A DNA stretch of 64,000 nt from a virus (IMGVR_UViG_3300032326_001208:1-64000); one strand, 5' to 3'. Counted from the stretch's first letter, positions 37,331 to 47,099 are shown. Numbers and translations: made by a program. The notes: generated by a model from the sequence alone, not told the origin.

Positions 37331-37614
37331 GTGGACACCTTACAATGAAGGGTACGGGTAAAGTACAAATCAAAACTTCAATACAAATATACGGAACGGG
37401 TACTAAAATGCCGGTAACCGTTGAAGCTGATTTTACGGACATCCCACATCATTTGCATCAAATCTATTATCAATCCCTAATAAGTCAATACAATACATCG
37501 GTCAATGTATATAGTAATACAAAGGATGACGAGCCGAAAACAATAAAGGAAAAAAAGAGTGAGTGGCGTTTGAATAGAATTGTGGACATAATTAGTAAAG
37601 CAATATCAAAGTAA
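37312..37614 (+). CDS. Hypothetical protein inside array 1 (not an obvious family member)
   Basis: 100-aa ORF starting MSITLDSGHLTM. Confidence 0.45.
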   Translation: MSITLDSGHLTMKGTGKVQIKTSIQIYGTGTKMPVTVEADFTDIPHHLHQIYYQSLISQYNTSVNVYSNTKDDEPKTIKEKKSEWRLNRIVDIISKAISK

Positions 37615-37615
37615 T

Positions 37616-37933
37616 ATGCTAACAATAGAAAACATAAATAAAATAAACGGGTACGCATTAGAGGTAAAAGGTAAAGGATATTATTTCAAAGGTTTTGATA
37701 ATACTACAAATGATGTGGCAACATTCGCATTAGCAGGGGTATCAGCATCTAATCCATTGATAAGGATAACCCTATATAAAAAGGGGAATGTGGTTTTTGA
37801 TGACATTCAAAATAGGGATTGTTATGTTTATGGAATTTGGGTTGACGGGTTGTTATTCTATTATCCAAAAGAAAAGTTAAACACACCTGCGGAATTTAGG
37901 AATACAATTGAGCAAATACTAAATGGAATATAA
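37616..37933 (+). CDS. MLTIEN-family protein 3
   Basis: MLTIENINKINGY. Confidence 0.6.
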   Translation: MLTIENINKINGYALEVKGKGYYFKGFDNTTNDVATFALAGVSASNPLIRITLYKKGNVVFDDIQNRDCYVYGIWVDGLLFYYPKEKLNTPAEFRNTIEQILNGI

Positions 37934-38260
37934 ATGTTGACAATAGAAAACATACAAAATATAGACGGTAAGGAATTCCAATTGAGTAGCGGACGGAAGT
38001 TTATAATTGGTATCGCAAGAGCATATTATGACCATTATAGTTTTGGGGTATTTCCTTTAATGGAAAACAATGTGGCAAGTATAAAGGATGGCATTGTATA
38101 TAAATTGATGCGAACTATAAGGAATAGAAGGGGATATGAAATGACATCGGCAAAACTAAAACAAAATGTTTATGTAACGCCGGAAAACCTTACAATGAAA
38201 AACTTCATATTAGAATTACACATACAAACGGGAATGATATATGCTCACAATAGAAAATAG
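37934..38260 (+). CDS. MLTIEN-family protein 4
   Basis: MLTIENIQNIDGKEF. Confidence 0.6.
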   Translation: MLTIENIQNIDGKEFQLSSGRKFIIGIARAYYDHYSFGVFPLMENNVASIKDGIVYKLMRTIRNRRGYEMTSAKLKQNVYVTPENLTMKNFILELHIQTGMIYAHNRK

Positions 38261-38564
38261 AGGACGGTTAATAAGTGATTCGTTTTATGATAAGATGGGT
38301 ATGTATTGGGTAGTGGACAAAATTATAGATGACACCAATGAATACCTAATCTTAATTGAAAATAGAAAAGGTCCAAAAGAAATATTTGCGCTGAATAAAC
38401 AAAACTCATACGGAATTGGATATGAATTTGGGATATCAGCAGGTGGGCCGGGTATGCAAAGAATGTATAAGGTTAAAACATACATACCAATTGAAACTAT
38501 AAGTGATAAGAGGTTATTGATAAAACGAATGACTGAAATGATTGATACCTCATACGATATATAA
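38241..38564 (+). CDS. MLTIEN-family protein 5
   Basis: MLTIENRGRLIS; 20-nt overlap with the previous gene. Confidence 0.55.
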   Translation: MLTIENRGRLISDSFYDKMGMYWVVDKIIDDTNEYLILIENRKGPKEIFALNKQNSYGIGYEFGISAGGPGMQRMYKVKTYIPIETISDKRLLIKRMTEMIDTSYDI

Positions 38565-38574
38565 AAAATAATAT

Positions 38575-38898
38575 ATGCTAAAAATAAAAAACATACAAAA
38601 GATAGTAGGAAAAAAAATACATACACCACATGCACATTGGGTAGTAATGAGTATAGAGGAACAAAAGCATGATTATATTATTAAAGTAAGATTTGAGTAT
38701 GGTACTACATTTGGCGTAAAGCATCCAAAGTATGTAAACTTTAAACTATTAAGATATAACGAATTTGATAGTGAAAGGAATGAATGGAGAATGTATAATG
38801 ACCAAAATGGTAATTATGTAACACTAACAAAAGGATTATTAAATTTTAAAATGTTTCCTGGTATGTTGGGTGGTCAATTGCATAGTTTCAGTAATTAA
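38575..38898 (+). CDS. MLTIEN-family protein 6 (divergent N-terminus MLKIKNIQKIVG)
   Basis: Same length and placement as the other members. Confidence 0.55.
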   Translation: MLKIKNIQKIVGKKIHTPHAHWVVMSIEEQKHDYIIKVRFEYGTTFGVKHPKYVNFKLLRYNEFDSERNEWRMYNDQNGNYVTLTKGLLNFKMFPGMLGGQLHSFSN

Positions 38899-38908
38899 AA
38901 CAAATAAT

Positions 38909-39232
38909 ATGCTAACAATAGAAAATACATATAAGATATTAGATGTACCAATAGTTAAGAATCGTGTTGTAGAATATTATATAAGAAATACTACTGAATA
39001 CGCCGGCGCATATCAAATACATTTAAGATGTCCGCGCAAATCAAAATCGGATGAGCTAATAATGTTATATAGAACCCCCGAAGTAGTTGGACCAAATGGT
39101 GAAATGACTTATACGATGTATGATAATAGCAATCCAATGAATAAAATTTATTTACCAACAAAAGATATAAAGGAGATGAAGCGGTTTGTAAGCTCAATAG
39201 ATTTTTTTGTAAACAAATATATACTATGCTAA
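38909..39232 (+). CDS. MLTIEN-family protein 7
   Basis: Trimmed to MLTIENTYKILD. Confidence 0.6.
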   Translation: MLTIENTYKILDVPIVKNRVVEYYIRNTTEYAGAYQIHLRCPRKSKSDELIMLYRTPEVVGPNGEMTYTMYDNSNPMNKIYLPTKDIKEMKRFVSSIDFFVNKYILC

Positions 39233-39534
39233 CAATACAAAACATAGATAAAATAATAAATGTGGGTTCATCTATTAACATATGGTATATTAGTGAAGCG
39301 ATAGAAACAACCGATGTTTACAAAGATGTATATGCATTTGCTGTTTCTGTAAATGGTAAGGTAGAAAATGTATTTTATTTGAATAGAGAGAGTCAATATG
39401 TAAGTGGCAGAAACGAACCCGTTTATAGGTTATATAAAGATTTTGACCAAAGTAAAGTAAATAGATGGTTGAGTATGCATCAAATAACGCCGTATTTTAT
39501 AGGAAACTTAATTGATAAAATGTTAAAAGAATAG
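39226..39534 (+). CDS. MLTIEN-family protein 8
   Basis: MLTIQNIDKIINV. Confidence 0.6.
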   Translation: MLTIQNIDKIINVGSSINIWYISEAIETTDVYKDVYAFAVSVNGKVENVFYLNRESQYVSGRNEPVYRLYKDFDQSKVNRWLSMHQITPYFIGNLIDKMLKE

Positions 39535-39535
39535 T

Positions 39536-39859
39536 ATGCTAACAATAGAAAACATTAATATAATCAATAGTAAGTTCGCCGGTACACCCGAATGGCGGAT
39601 AGGTGAAATGTTTATAGGTGAACAAAACTATATATTTGTAATCCATAAACGGGTAGGTTATTGGACAATCGGGGGTTCTAAGCATGATGAATTGACAGTA
39701 AGATTGAATAGAGTAAAAACAATAGGTGGGTATGTAATGGAGACCGGACTAGTAAAACAAAGCTTTCATGGACGTTCGGCATGGGATATAGAGTATATGA
39801 GGACAATGAGTAGTTTTATCTTTTGCTTGGACACTCATATAAAAAATATATTAAAATAA
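39536..39859 (+). CDS. MLTIEN-family protein 9
   Basis: MLTIENINIINSKF. Confidence 0.6.
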   Translation: MLTIENINIINSKFAGTPEWRIGEMFIGEQNYIFVIHKRVGYWTIGGSKHDELTVRLNRVKTIGGYVMETGLVKQSFHGRSAWDIEYMRTMSSFIFCLDTHIKNILK

Positions 39860-40046
39860 TATATTCCTTTCAGTATCTTTGTATTGTTCGTATCGGTGAA
39901 TCGGAAATCGGGTCGATAGGGAAAAATTTTTGATAGTGTCTGCCTTGATTGAAGTGTCTGCCTTGATAATAGAGAATGAATTAATAGAGAATGAAAAACA
40001 AAAGGAACGAATATATATTTATAACAAACAATTAAAAACAAATAGT

Positions 40047-40325
40047 ATGGCAATAGATTTTAGTACAAACACGGATAGTAATTGGTGGAAAACAAGTTTC
40101 CAAAGGTATTTTACTGGTGGTGGACAATTGAATACCATTATACAAAACGGAGGATTAGAGGGACACTTTAAGAGTTGTCTACCAGAAGGTGATTTTCCGG
40201 ATAAAGAGTTTCAAAGCACACCTACACAATGGAGAATAACCGCAACCCATAACGGAGCTGGTGAGAGGTTTGAGTTAGTAGTGGATAAAGTGAGTGGTGA
40301 GTGGGAATTCAACTGGTTAGGATAG
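40047..40325 (+). CDS. Hypothetical protein
   Basis: Trimmed to MAIDFSTNT; preceded by a TATCTTTG promoter-like box and direct repeats agtgtctgccttgat x2. Confidence 0.45.
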   Translation: MAIDFSTNTDSNWWKTSFQRYFTGGGQLNTIIQNGGLEGHFKSCLPEGDFPDKEFQSTPTQWRITATHNGAGERFELVVDKVSGEWEFNWLG

Positions 40326-40892
40326 GAAAGTGGACGAGTATAAAAAGGATACAGATGTTAATAGTAGTAATAGTAATAGGAATGTTAATAGGGTATGGGA
40401 TAGGACAGTATATAATGGATAGGTATATAAACGAATCACAGGAAGATATAGACGATACCAAAAAGTAAAGTAAACCAAAAACACTTCAATAGATAATGAG
40501 TTTAATAACCTTAATAGTAGTAATACTGATATATAAAATGGTAAAGAAAATAAATCAAAAAGAATAAGTTATGGGAATAGTAATAGGGTTAATAGGTATA
40601 ATGACTGTATGGTGTGTAATAGACATAGTAAAACAAATCAATAGAATAGAAGATGCCGAGTAATGAAATAAACCTCTTTGATATCCTTGCTCTAATAGGG
40701 TTTATGGGGTTCTACATAACCTTAAAGATAATGTTATATAGTAAGGAATACGATACAAAAGACCGAGTAATTAAAAGAGGTCACGAATGGGATTATGAAT
40801 ACAAAGATACTAAAAAGAATAAAAAAGGATAAGGAGCGTATTGAAGGGAATGGGTCCGAGCTCCTATTGATAACCGCATTAATCACTATGTT

Positions 40893-41087
40893 ATGGATAC
40901 TAATCACACACACGGTTTAACACAAAGGGAACGCCTTGAACTTCAACATAAAATACAACGTCTCCAATGGTTATTAAAAGAATGTATTGGGATTGAGGAA
41001 TACGAGCTTTGTACCCAAATACGAAACCTAATCAATAAAAAATACGAGTTACTTGCTACTAATCAAACACAAAATGAAGTGGAATAA
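40893..41087 (+). CDS. Hypothetical protein with a UVR-like helical motif
   Basis: IEEYELCTQIRNLINKK loosely resembles the UvrB/UvrC (UVR) motif. Confidence 0.3.
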   Translation: MDTNHTHGLTQRERLELQHKIQRLQWLLKECIGIEEYELCTQIRNLINKKYELLATNQTQNEVE

Positions 41088-41099
41088 AAGATTCAAAAG

Positions 41100-41130
41100 G
41101 GATACGGAAACGGTCCCTTTTTTGTGTCCG
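41100..41130 (+). terminator. Putative rho-independent terminator
   Basis: gggatacggaaacggtccc hairpin (GAAA tetraloop, one bulge) followed by ttttttg. Confidence 0.4.
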
Positions 41131-41519
41131 AATATTGATAGTACGATGGGGAATAAAAGGGTGTTGGGACTCGTTCATATTGATAGGTCCCTTAATAAAA
41201 AATTGGTGTTGGGACTTGCGTTGAAACTTGATAAAACCCTATTTTGATACTACTAAAATTTAATTACGTTTTAAGGGGTAAGTGTCACAATTTTTAATGA
41301 AATGTAATTTGATAGTACAAAGTAATTGAAAACCGATGGGTGTCAATGAAAACACACTTTAACACAAAATCCCACTTTTTACCACTTCACAATAAAAACG
41401 ATGTCAAAATAGGTATGTGTCAGTCATAATGTGAGGTATATACGAATTCTTTTCCACGCAAAAAAATTTTTTTATATGAATTTAATACACTATACTACTG
41501 TAACCCTTACTGGCATTAG

Positions 41520-41590
41520 ATTTGGTGGAATGGATTTTTTTTCGTATATTTGTATATCTAATTAATCTATTTAAAATCTAAAAGATATTT
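41520..41590 (+). promoter_or_regulatory. Promoter (ttttttcgTATATTTGta)
   Basis: ggattttttttcgtatatttgtatatctaatt upstream of 41591. Confidence 0.5.
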
Positions 41591-41947
41591 ATGCGTGTAA
41601 GTAATAAAATAGGAATGAAGTTTGATTGTAACCGTTTATGGAATTGGGCTCATGAAAAACTGGGTGAAAGCAGATGTGGAGCAATTGCTTTTTACTGGGA
41701 TACCAAAGAGGATGCCGAATGTGGTTACTACGATTGGGAAAAAACAATTTGGATTAATTTAGCACAATGTAAACGAATGGTGGCGGTTCAGAAAACAATT
41801 CTACACGAATGGACACATGCACAACAGTCATACCGCTGGTACAACCATTATCAAATTAAATACGGGTACAAAAATAACCCATACGAAATACAAGCAAGGG
41901 AAAACGAAAAACTTGTCAAACGTGCATACAGAAAGAAAGGAAAGTAA
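41591..41947 (+). CDS. HExxH-motif protein, paralogue of 14049..14417
   Basis: TILHEWTHAQQSYRWYNHYQIKYGYKNNPYEIQA. Confidence 0.5.
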   Translation: MRVSNKIGMKFDCNRLWNWAHEKLGESRCGAIAFYWDTKEDAECGYYDWEKTIWINLAQCKRMVAVQKTILHEWTHAQQSYRWYNHYQIKYGYKNNPYEIQARENEKLVKRAYRKKGK

Positions 41948-42011
41948 AGAAAAAAAGACTCATAAAAATACTCATGTCAAACCAGGTGAGCAAGTGGCAT
42001 CAAATCGTGCC

Positions 42012-42287
42012 ATGCATAACGATATGAGGTTAATGGAAAATGGTGAGGGTGAATACGATGCGGTTGTCATAAGAGGTGACAGGTATGCCTTAATAAGAGG
42101 TGAATACATCCCTATTGGTTCAAATTTCCATTATCCGAAAGTCTGGGGTAGGAAATACGCCGCCACTACATTGGTCCAAACGATTATGGCGGACAAACGT
42201 AAACAAATAGAGGATGCCGAAAGGGAACTTCTGAAACTACAAAGGTGTTTGGATAAAATAAATGAGTGGTCCGATACTGACCTATAA
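42012..42287 (+). CDS. Hypothetical protein
   Basis: Trimmed to MHNDMRLMENG to avoid a 130-nt overlap with the previous gene. Confidence 0.4.
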   Translation: MHNDMRLMENGEGEYDAVVIRGDRYALIRGEYIPIGSNFHYPKVWGRKYAATTLVQTIMADKRKQIEDAERELLKLQRCLDKINEWSDTDL

Positions 42288-42460
42288 TGTTATATATGCT
42301 TACAGAACTTCAAATGATTCAACGGGCTGTCCAATTAGGTATGGACGAAGAGTTAGTTAGTTATGCCAAACAAATAAAAAGACAACTGGAAACCGATGGT
42401 GACACGGCAGACTGGTTGGATTGTTTAGAGATGGCATATAACGAATTGATTATCAACTAA
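42287..42460 (+). CDS. Hypothetical small protein (57 aa)
   Basis: MLYMLTELQMIQRAV... found by eye. Confidence 0.3.
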   Translation: MLYMLTELQMIQRAVQLGMDEELVSYAKQIKRQLETDGDTADWLDCLEMAYNELIIN

Positions 42461-42817
42461 TTAAAAAGTTATCCACACCTGTTGGAAATATCAGGTATTT
42501 TTCGTAACTTTAGGGAGTGGAGGGCGGGGTACGTCTTTTGAGTGAGACCCCTAATAACGGATATTATGTTAAGTCCACAACTCGTTGATAATCAATGGGT
42601 TACGATGGAAAACCCCCTAATTCGCCTATAAATTATATTATGTTAAGTCCGGCTGCCGCAAGTGGTTGATAATCAATAAGTTACCAAGATCCAGCTTTTT
42701 ACCAAAAAATTCTTGATTGAGTATCAACGAGTTACGCTTTGGGGACCAAAAATAGTCCATAAAAGACTTGTTTATATCGGAAATTCTATGTAGTTTTGGT
42801 ATATAAGATTAAGAGAT
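42461..42817. promoter_or_regulatory. Operator-rich region (three palindromes) plus promoter
   Basis: ctcgttgataatcaatgggttacg (42581..), agtggttgataatcaataagttacc, ttcttgattgagtatcaacgagttacg; tattatgttaagtcc is repeated twice; the promoter follows. Confidence 0.55.
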
Positions 42818-42928
42818 ATGAACACACACATTACAATTTTAGAAGCCTTGGTTATTTCCGGGTTATCCGTTTTCGGTTACGTTTTCTTTAAAACCGTATA
42901 TGAGTACTATTTTAAATCATCTAAATAA
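42818..42928 (+). CDS. Hypothetical TM peptide (36 aa)
   Basis: MNTHITILEALVISGLSVFGYVFF... Confidence 0.25.
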   Translation: MNTHITILEALVISGLSVFGYVFFKTVYEYYFKSSK

Positions 42929-42938
42929 ACCCCTTATT

Positions 42939-43217
42939 ATGATTAGTTCAAAAATGCGTGCAGAAATTCAAAAAATGAGTTCACTTGACTTGAAGTTATT
43001 GAATTCCTATGTAGTATCCCTATTAAAAGAATCCAGATTGGATAGGGCGTATGAAGTTAAAAACCAATTAAGAGTGTACGATAGTGTTAAGGTGAATTCA
43101 CCGAAAGTACATGGTCTGGTTGGACAGGTTACTGAAATTAATCGTACCCGTTGTAAAGTTAAATTTGGTAATCAATCGTTTAACGTACCTTTGAGTATGG
43201 TTGAAATTGTTAAGTAA
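42939..43217 (+). CDS. Hypothetical protein (KOW-like C-terminus)
   Basis: Trimmed to MISSKMRAEIQ; preceded by aaaccccttattATG. Confidence 0.45.
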   Translation: MISSKMRAEIQKMSSLDLKLLNSYVVSLLKESRLDRAYEVKNQLRVYDSVKVNSPKVHGLVGQVTEINRTRCKVKFGNQSFNVPLSMVEIVK

Positions 43218-43235
43218 TCATTTAAACCCCTTATT

Positions 43236-43535
43236 ATGAGAAAAATCACAAAAGAATCTATTGACAAGTTTTTAAGTAAGCAGACCTTCCGCAAATCTAA
43301 TATGAGCGTAGAAGAGTCCTATGGTATATATAGACTCAGATTGCATGGTAATACTATCGCAACTATTGACGAGTTAGGTGTATTGAGTATAACAAACGCT
43401 GGATGGTCCTCAAACACTACAAAAGAACGCCTGAATGGTTTTCCTGGCGTACACATCAAACAAAAGAATTGGACATGGTACCTGAATGGTGAGGAATGGA
43501 ATGGTAGTTGGAAGCGTATTGGTATGGTGAAGTAA
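43236..43535 (+). CDS. Hypothetical protein
   Basis: 99 aa; preceded by aaaccccttattATG. Confidence 0.45.
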   Translation: MRKITKESIDKFLSKQTFRKSNMSVEESYGIYRLRLHGNTIATIDELGVLSITNAGWSSNTTKERLNGFPGVHIKQKNWTWYLNGEEWNGSWKRIGMVK

Positions 43536-43563
43536 TTTAATAACCCCTTTAATTTAATAAGAT

Positions 43564-44004
43564 ATGAATAAGAAAGTCACAAAGAAGTCAGCACCTAAAA
43601 AGGTAGCTAAGAAAGTAGTTAAGAAAGCAGCCACTAAAAAGGTTGTAAAGAAAACAACAAAGAAGCCCGCTACAAAGAAGGCTAAGAGTATTAAGACCAT
43701 CCAAGCATTAAGAGAAGGTTTTAAAGCTGGTAGTAAAAAGAACCCGTTACCGCATGTTAAGTACCTGAACTGCGCAATATCGGATGTAAGTAATGAGAAG
43801 TTTCCAGAGATGGTTCAAATCACAATGGGACCGGCAAAGATTATGGATGACCTTAGCGGACGTAGGTATGTGAATTTAGAGTACGCAAAGATTGCTATTG
43901 ATGAGGTACACGGTTTTAACATCGTAGCAAAAGGTTTAACAAAAGTAGCTGATGAGTTAGCGGATCTTGGTATCGCTATGCCAGCTGTAGATGTATTGAA
44001 ATAA
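43564..44004 (+). CDS. Lys/Ala-rich histone-H1-like DNA-binding protein
   Basis: N-terminal 45 aa are KKxxKK / AKK / VKK repeats; globular C-terminal half. Confidence 0.5.
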   Translation: MNKKVTKKSAPKKVAKKVVKKAATKKVVKKTTKKPATKKAKSIKTIQALREGFKAGSKKNPLPHVKYLNCAISDVSNEKFPEMVQITMGPAKIMDDLSGRRYVNLEYAKIAIDEVHGFNIVAKGLTKVADELADLGIAMPAVDVLK

Positions 44005-44024
44005 TCAAATAAAAATTAATTAAT

Positions 44025-44282
44025 ATGAATTTACCGCCAAAAGGTTATTATCGTCAACTATTGAGTGACTTTCCCCAAGTCCGCATTGCGTTTACACATA
44101 CCCCGATTGTTGGGTGCCGTACAATAGATGCTGGACCGTTTATTGAAGTATTAGAGCAATCTACTGACCAGTATGCTAAATTCTATTCCGATGGTTTGCG
44201 TAAGGGTAACTTGGTTACTATTGTGGAAAATAGTGTGGATAGGGTATATAGCAACAATGGTGAGTTGTATTTTACATCCTAA
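44025..44282 (+). CDS. Hypothetical protein
   Basis: 85-aa ORF. Confidence 0.45.
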   Translation: MNLPPKGYYRQLLSDFPQVRIAFTHTPIVGCRTIDAGPFIEVLEQSTDQYAKFYSDGLRKGNLVTIVENSVDRVYSNNGELYFTS

Positions 44283-44298
44283 AAATAAATTTGGTAAT

Positions 44299-44496
44299 AT
44301 GGGAAATTATTCGTATATTTGTATAGAAGTTGAAGGTGACAAGTGGGAAGCCATGCAAGAGTTAATGAAAGATATGAGTATGGTATCACCCCAAATAACA
44401 GAAGCAATGGTAGATAGGGTTATTGCTGACCTTGAACGTAAGGAAAAAATAAATTTGGAAGTATCGGAAATATTTCGTATCTTTGATATTCTATAA
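44299..44496 (+). CDS. Hypothetical protein
   Basis: Trimmed to MGNYSYICIEV; flanked by cgtatatttgta and cgtatctttga boxes. Confidence 0.4.
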   Translation: MGNYSYICIEVEGDKWEAMQELMKDMSMVSPQITEAMVDRVIADLERKEKINLEVSEIFRIFDIL

Positions 44497-44582
44497 AGAT
44501 AAAGGGTAAGGACCACCCCTATTAATAAGTTGGTCCGAAATAAACTAAACCTAGCGGTGTAAGAGGTCAACCGTTCAAAACT

Positions 44583-44780
44583 ATGGCTAATAAGTCAAAA
44601 AAAGCAACAGCAAAGCGTGGAAACATTTACGAAACAGTTTCTAACAACATCCAAAAGATTACACGTCCATCTGGTACTGTATCTTATCGTGTGAGAGTTA
44701 CCGAAGATGGTATCACTTATTCTCAATATGAGACTTCATTAAAGAAAGCGAAGATGCTTCGTAATGAGTGGGTTGGTTAA
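44583..44780 (+). CDS. Hypothetical basic protein
   Basis: 65-aa ORF. Confidence 0.4.
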   Translation: MANKSKKATAKRGNIYETVSNNIQKITRPSGTVSYRVRVTEDGITYSQYETSLKKAKMLRNEWVG

Positions 44781-44801
44781 TCTTAACTGATAAATTTATT
44801 A

Positions 44802-44838
44802 GGGACCGGCTAGTTAAAGCCCGCCGGTCCCAATTTTT
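44802..44838 (+). terminator. Rho-independent terminator
   Basis: gggaccggctagttaaagcccgccggtccc stem followed by aatttttt. Confidence 0.75.
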
Positions 44839-44907
44839 TAAGACAACCAATACTTATACCTGTTATTTCAATAGGTAAACAACAAAAACAAATATAAAAC
44901 AACAAAG

Positions 44908-45078
44908 ATGAAAAAAGTAATCGCAATTTTAGTAATCGCTACTTCATTGGTAGCTTGTGGTGGTTCAACTTCAACAGAAGTAACTACCGATTCAACAGCA
45001 GTAGCAGTAGATACAACAGCAGTAGCTGTGGATTCAACTGTAGCTCCAGTAGCAGCTGATACTACTATCGTTAAGTAA
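44908..45078 (+). CDS. Small lipoprotein (56 aa)
   Basis: MKKVIAILVIATSLVACGG lipobox, then a Thr/Val/Ala-rich stretch. Confidence 0.4.
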   Translation: MKKVIAILVIATSLVACGGSTSTEVTTDSTAVAVDTTAVAVDSTVAPVAADTTIVK

Positions 45079-45100
45079 TTAAGATAGGTTAGTAAATAAT

Positions 45101-45128
45101 TAGCCGGTCCGATGTGACCGGTTTTTTT
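45101..45128 (+). terminator. Rho-independent terminator
   Basis: agccggtccgatgtgaccggttttttt. Confidence 0.7.
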
Positions 45129-45299
45129 ATGTCCCTAATGTACCCAATGTACCACAAGTACCCCGGTACCTGGGCCCAGATGGACTGGTGGGGTTAATAT
45201 ACTAATTAACACACTAACATGCTACATATTATATTTTGAACGTTTTTCTGTGTAGTTTTACCCGTTTTTTATCAAGTTATCCACATTTTCCGGACAGGT

Positions 45300-45508
45300 C
45301 TTCTGGAATCGGTGTAGGGGCTGAGTGAAATACCCCTAATCTATACTGAATCGTAACTCATTGAAAACCAACGTTTTATAAGTCATTGATAACCAATCCC
45401 TTACATAAGTCATTGATTCTCAAGCAAGAATTTTTAAAATAAGTCCCAAAAAGTTTGGCCAGCTCGGAAAATACCCCTATCTTTATTATGTAATAAAAAT
45501 GATAAGAT
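45300..45508. promoter_or_regulatory. Operator repeats plus promoter
   Basis: cgtaactcattgaaaacc, ataagtcattgataacc, ataagtcattgattctcaag, then tttgg-N-ctttattatgtaataaaa upstream of the ATG at 45509. Confidence 0.5.
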
Positions 45509-45817
45509 ATGAATACCGAAAATCCCTTTAAGAGTTTCTCAGCCTCTAAAATGAGTGAAAACCCCCGTTTTAACGTATCAGTAGAATATACTGACTTTAT
45601 GGGTAATACCCACCGTATCCAATGTAAGACTCGTAAAGCCTTCAATGGTGCGAGAGAATTCCTTTCAATGTTCAAAAGTGAAACAACCAAGATCAACGCG
45701 ATCTTGAGTGAGTACCCAGTTGTTATGGGTAAATTCCCTAAAAAGTTCCATAAGGAAATCAAATCGGACTTACAGTCTGCTGGTTTCGGTATGTGTTCTA
45801 AATACCTTTTGAAGTAA
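45509..45817 (+). CDS. Hypothetical protein
   Basis: 102-aa ORF. Confidence 0.5.
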   Translation: MNTENPFKSFSASKMSENPRFNVSVEYTDFMGNTHRIQCKTRKAFNGAREFLSMFKSETTKINAILSEYPVVMGKFPKKFHKEIKSDLQSAGFGMCSKYLLK

Positions 45818-45842
45818 TTTTTAAACCCCTTAAATTATCTAT

Positions 45843-46142
45843 ATGTATAATCAAAATTGTGACCTGTTAGTATCGGCATTCTCAAACAAAGAGTTGAAAA
45901 CCTTGGTTATGGCCTTGGCCGCATACAATAAGTTGGACAGACGTGAGACACGTTCTGACCTTATGGAAAAATTAGTGAATGGATTTCTACGCTCGAATGA
46001 GTTGGAAGCGGAAGTGATTGAACGTATTGTCCGTAAAAATCCATACGATAATAGTATCCCTAAATCATATTGGGGTACAGCCAATGGTAAAGCATATTTG
46101 GCAGAGATGGAAGAAGCTAGTACAAAGGCTTATTCTTATTAA
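45843..46142 (+). CDS. Hypothetical protein
   Basis: 99 aa; preceded by aaaccccttaaattat. Confidence 0.5.
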   Translation: MYNQNCDLLVSAFSNKELKTLVMALAAYNKLDRRETRSDLMEKLVNGFLRSNELEAEVIERIVRKNPYDNSIPKSYWGTANGKAYLAEMEEASTKAYSY

Positions 46143-46161
46143 TCCATAAACCCCTTATACA

Positions 46162-46374
46162 ATGAGTGAAAAATTATTGACTGTAAAGTTTGAGTCCGAA
46201 ATCCAGATACTATCATTAAAGAAGTTACTATCTGCAACCTGTGGTGGTGGCCGTGTCCGTCCACGTGGTAGACATAGTAACCGAAAGGCTGTGTTGGGTA
46301 ATGCATATAGACCCGGTACCCAAAACGATATACCCTGGCGGAAAGCTGAGACAGTAACATTTTATTTATTATAA
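46162..46374 (+). CDS. Hypothetical Arg-rich protein
   Basis: 70 aa; locally GC-richer; preceded by aaaccccttatacaATG. Confidence 0.35.
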   Translation: MSEKLLTVKFESEIQILSLKKLLSATCGGGRVRPRGRHSNRKAVLGNAYRPGTQNDIPWRKAETVTFYLL

Positions 46375-46386
46375 AAAATTAAAGAT

Positions 46387-46659
46387 ATGACAGTAGCTGA
46401 ACAAATGAGACAGGACCTATTAGATATGGTCCAAAAACACGATTATTCACATATGTTTTCCGATAGCCATAATGTTTGGCAAGCTGGATATCAGATTGAG
46501 AATCAGATTAAAGCAAAGATACATGCTCTATTCACATACCATAGAGAAGATATGGAAGCACTATATAATGAAGTGCTCGAGCTTGTACCTGAACAGTACA
46601 TAGATGGTCTGACACATAAGACAATAAAGAACTGGTTTAGCACATACATAGGTAGTTAA
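46387..46659 (+). CDS. Hypothetical protein
   Basis: 90-aa ORF. Confidence 0.45.
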   Translation: MTVAEQMRQDLLDMVQKHDYSHMFSDSHNVWQAGYQIENQIKAKIHALFTYHREDMEALYNEVLELVPEQYIDGLTHKTIKNWFSTYIGS

Positions 46660-47099
46660 AAGATATTATCCTCTTGAATGGGGAGTGTTTGGTGATTTGA
46701 TGTTTATTAAATGAGCAAGTTGACTGAGGGGACTGACTGGGAATCGGGTCCCCTTTCTTGTGTCTATAACTTACCCACATAGGCGGACTACCTTAACAAA
46801 AAATAATTTACTTCAATCAAAAACACCATCTCACGCAACGTAGGCGCCATAAGGGTTGTAGAGGACACGTATATAGGGAGAAACATCAATCCTCTGGAAC
46901 GTAGGTGGCATAAGGACTGTAGGGGACTGAATTTCTTGGAACCGGAAAATAAATATTTTGACTAGAGGGCCCCCTAACCCCTTCTCGTATCGAGCCCAAG
47001 TTTTTCGCTATACGAGATTTTTTTATATTACCCCTAATGGTATATAGTCTTTATTACTATTATTGGTTAGTCCTTATTGGTACATTGGTTAGTCCTTAT

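Noticed and set aside
41053-41247. 64-aa + ORF
   Set aside because: Falls in a repeat-containing non-coding region behind a terminator; no start context; composition atypical.
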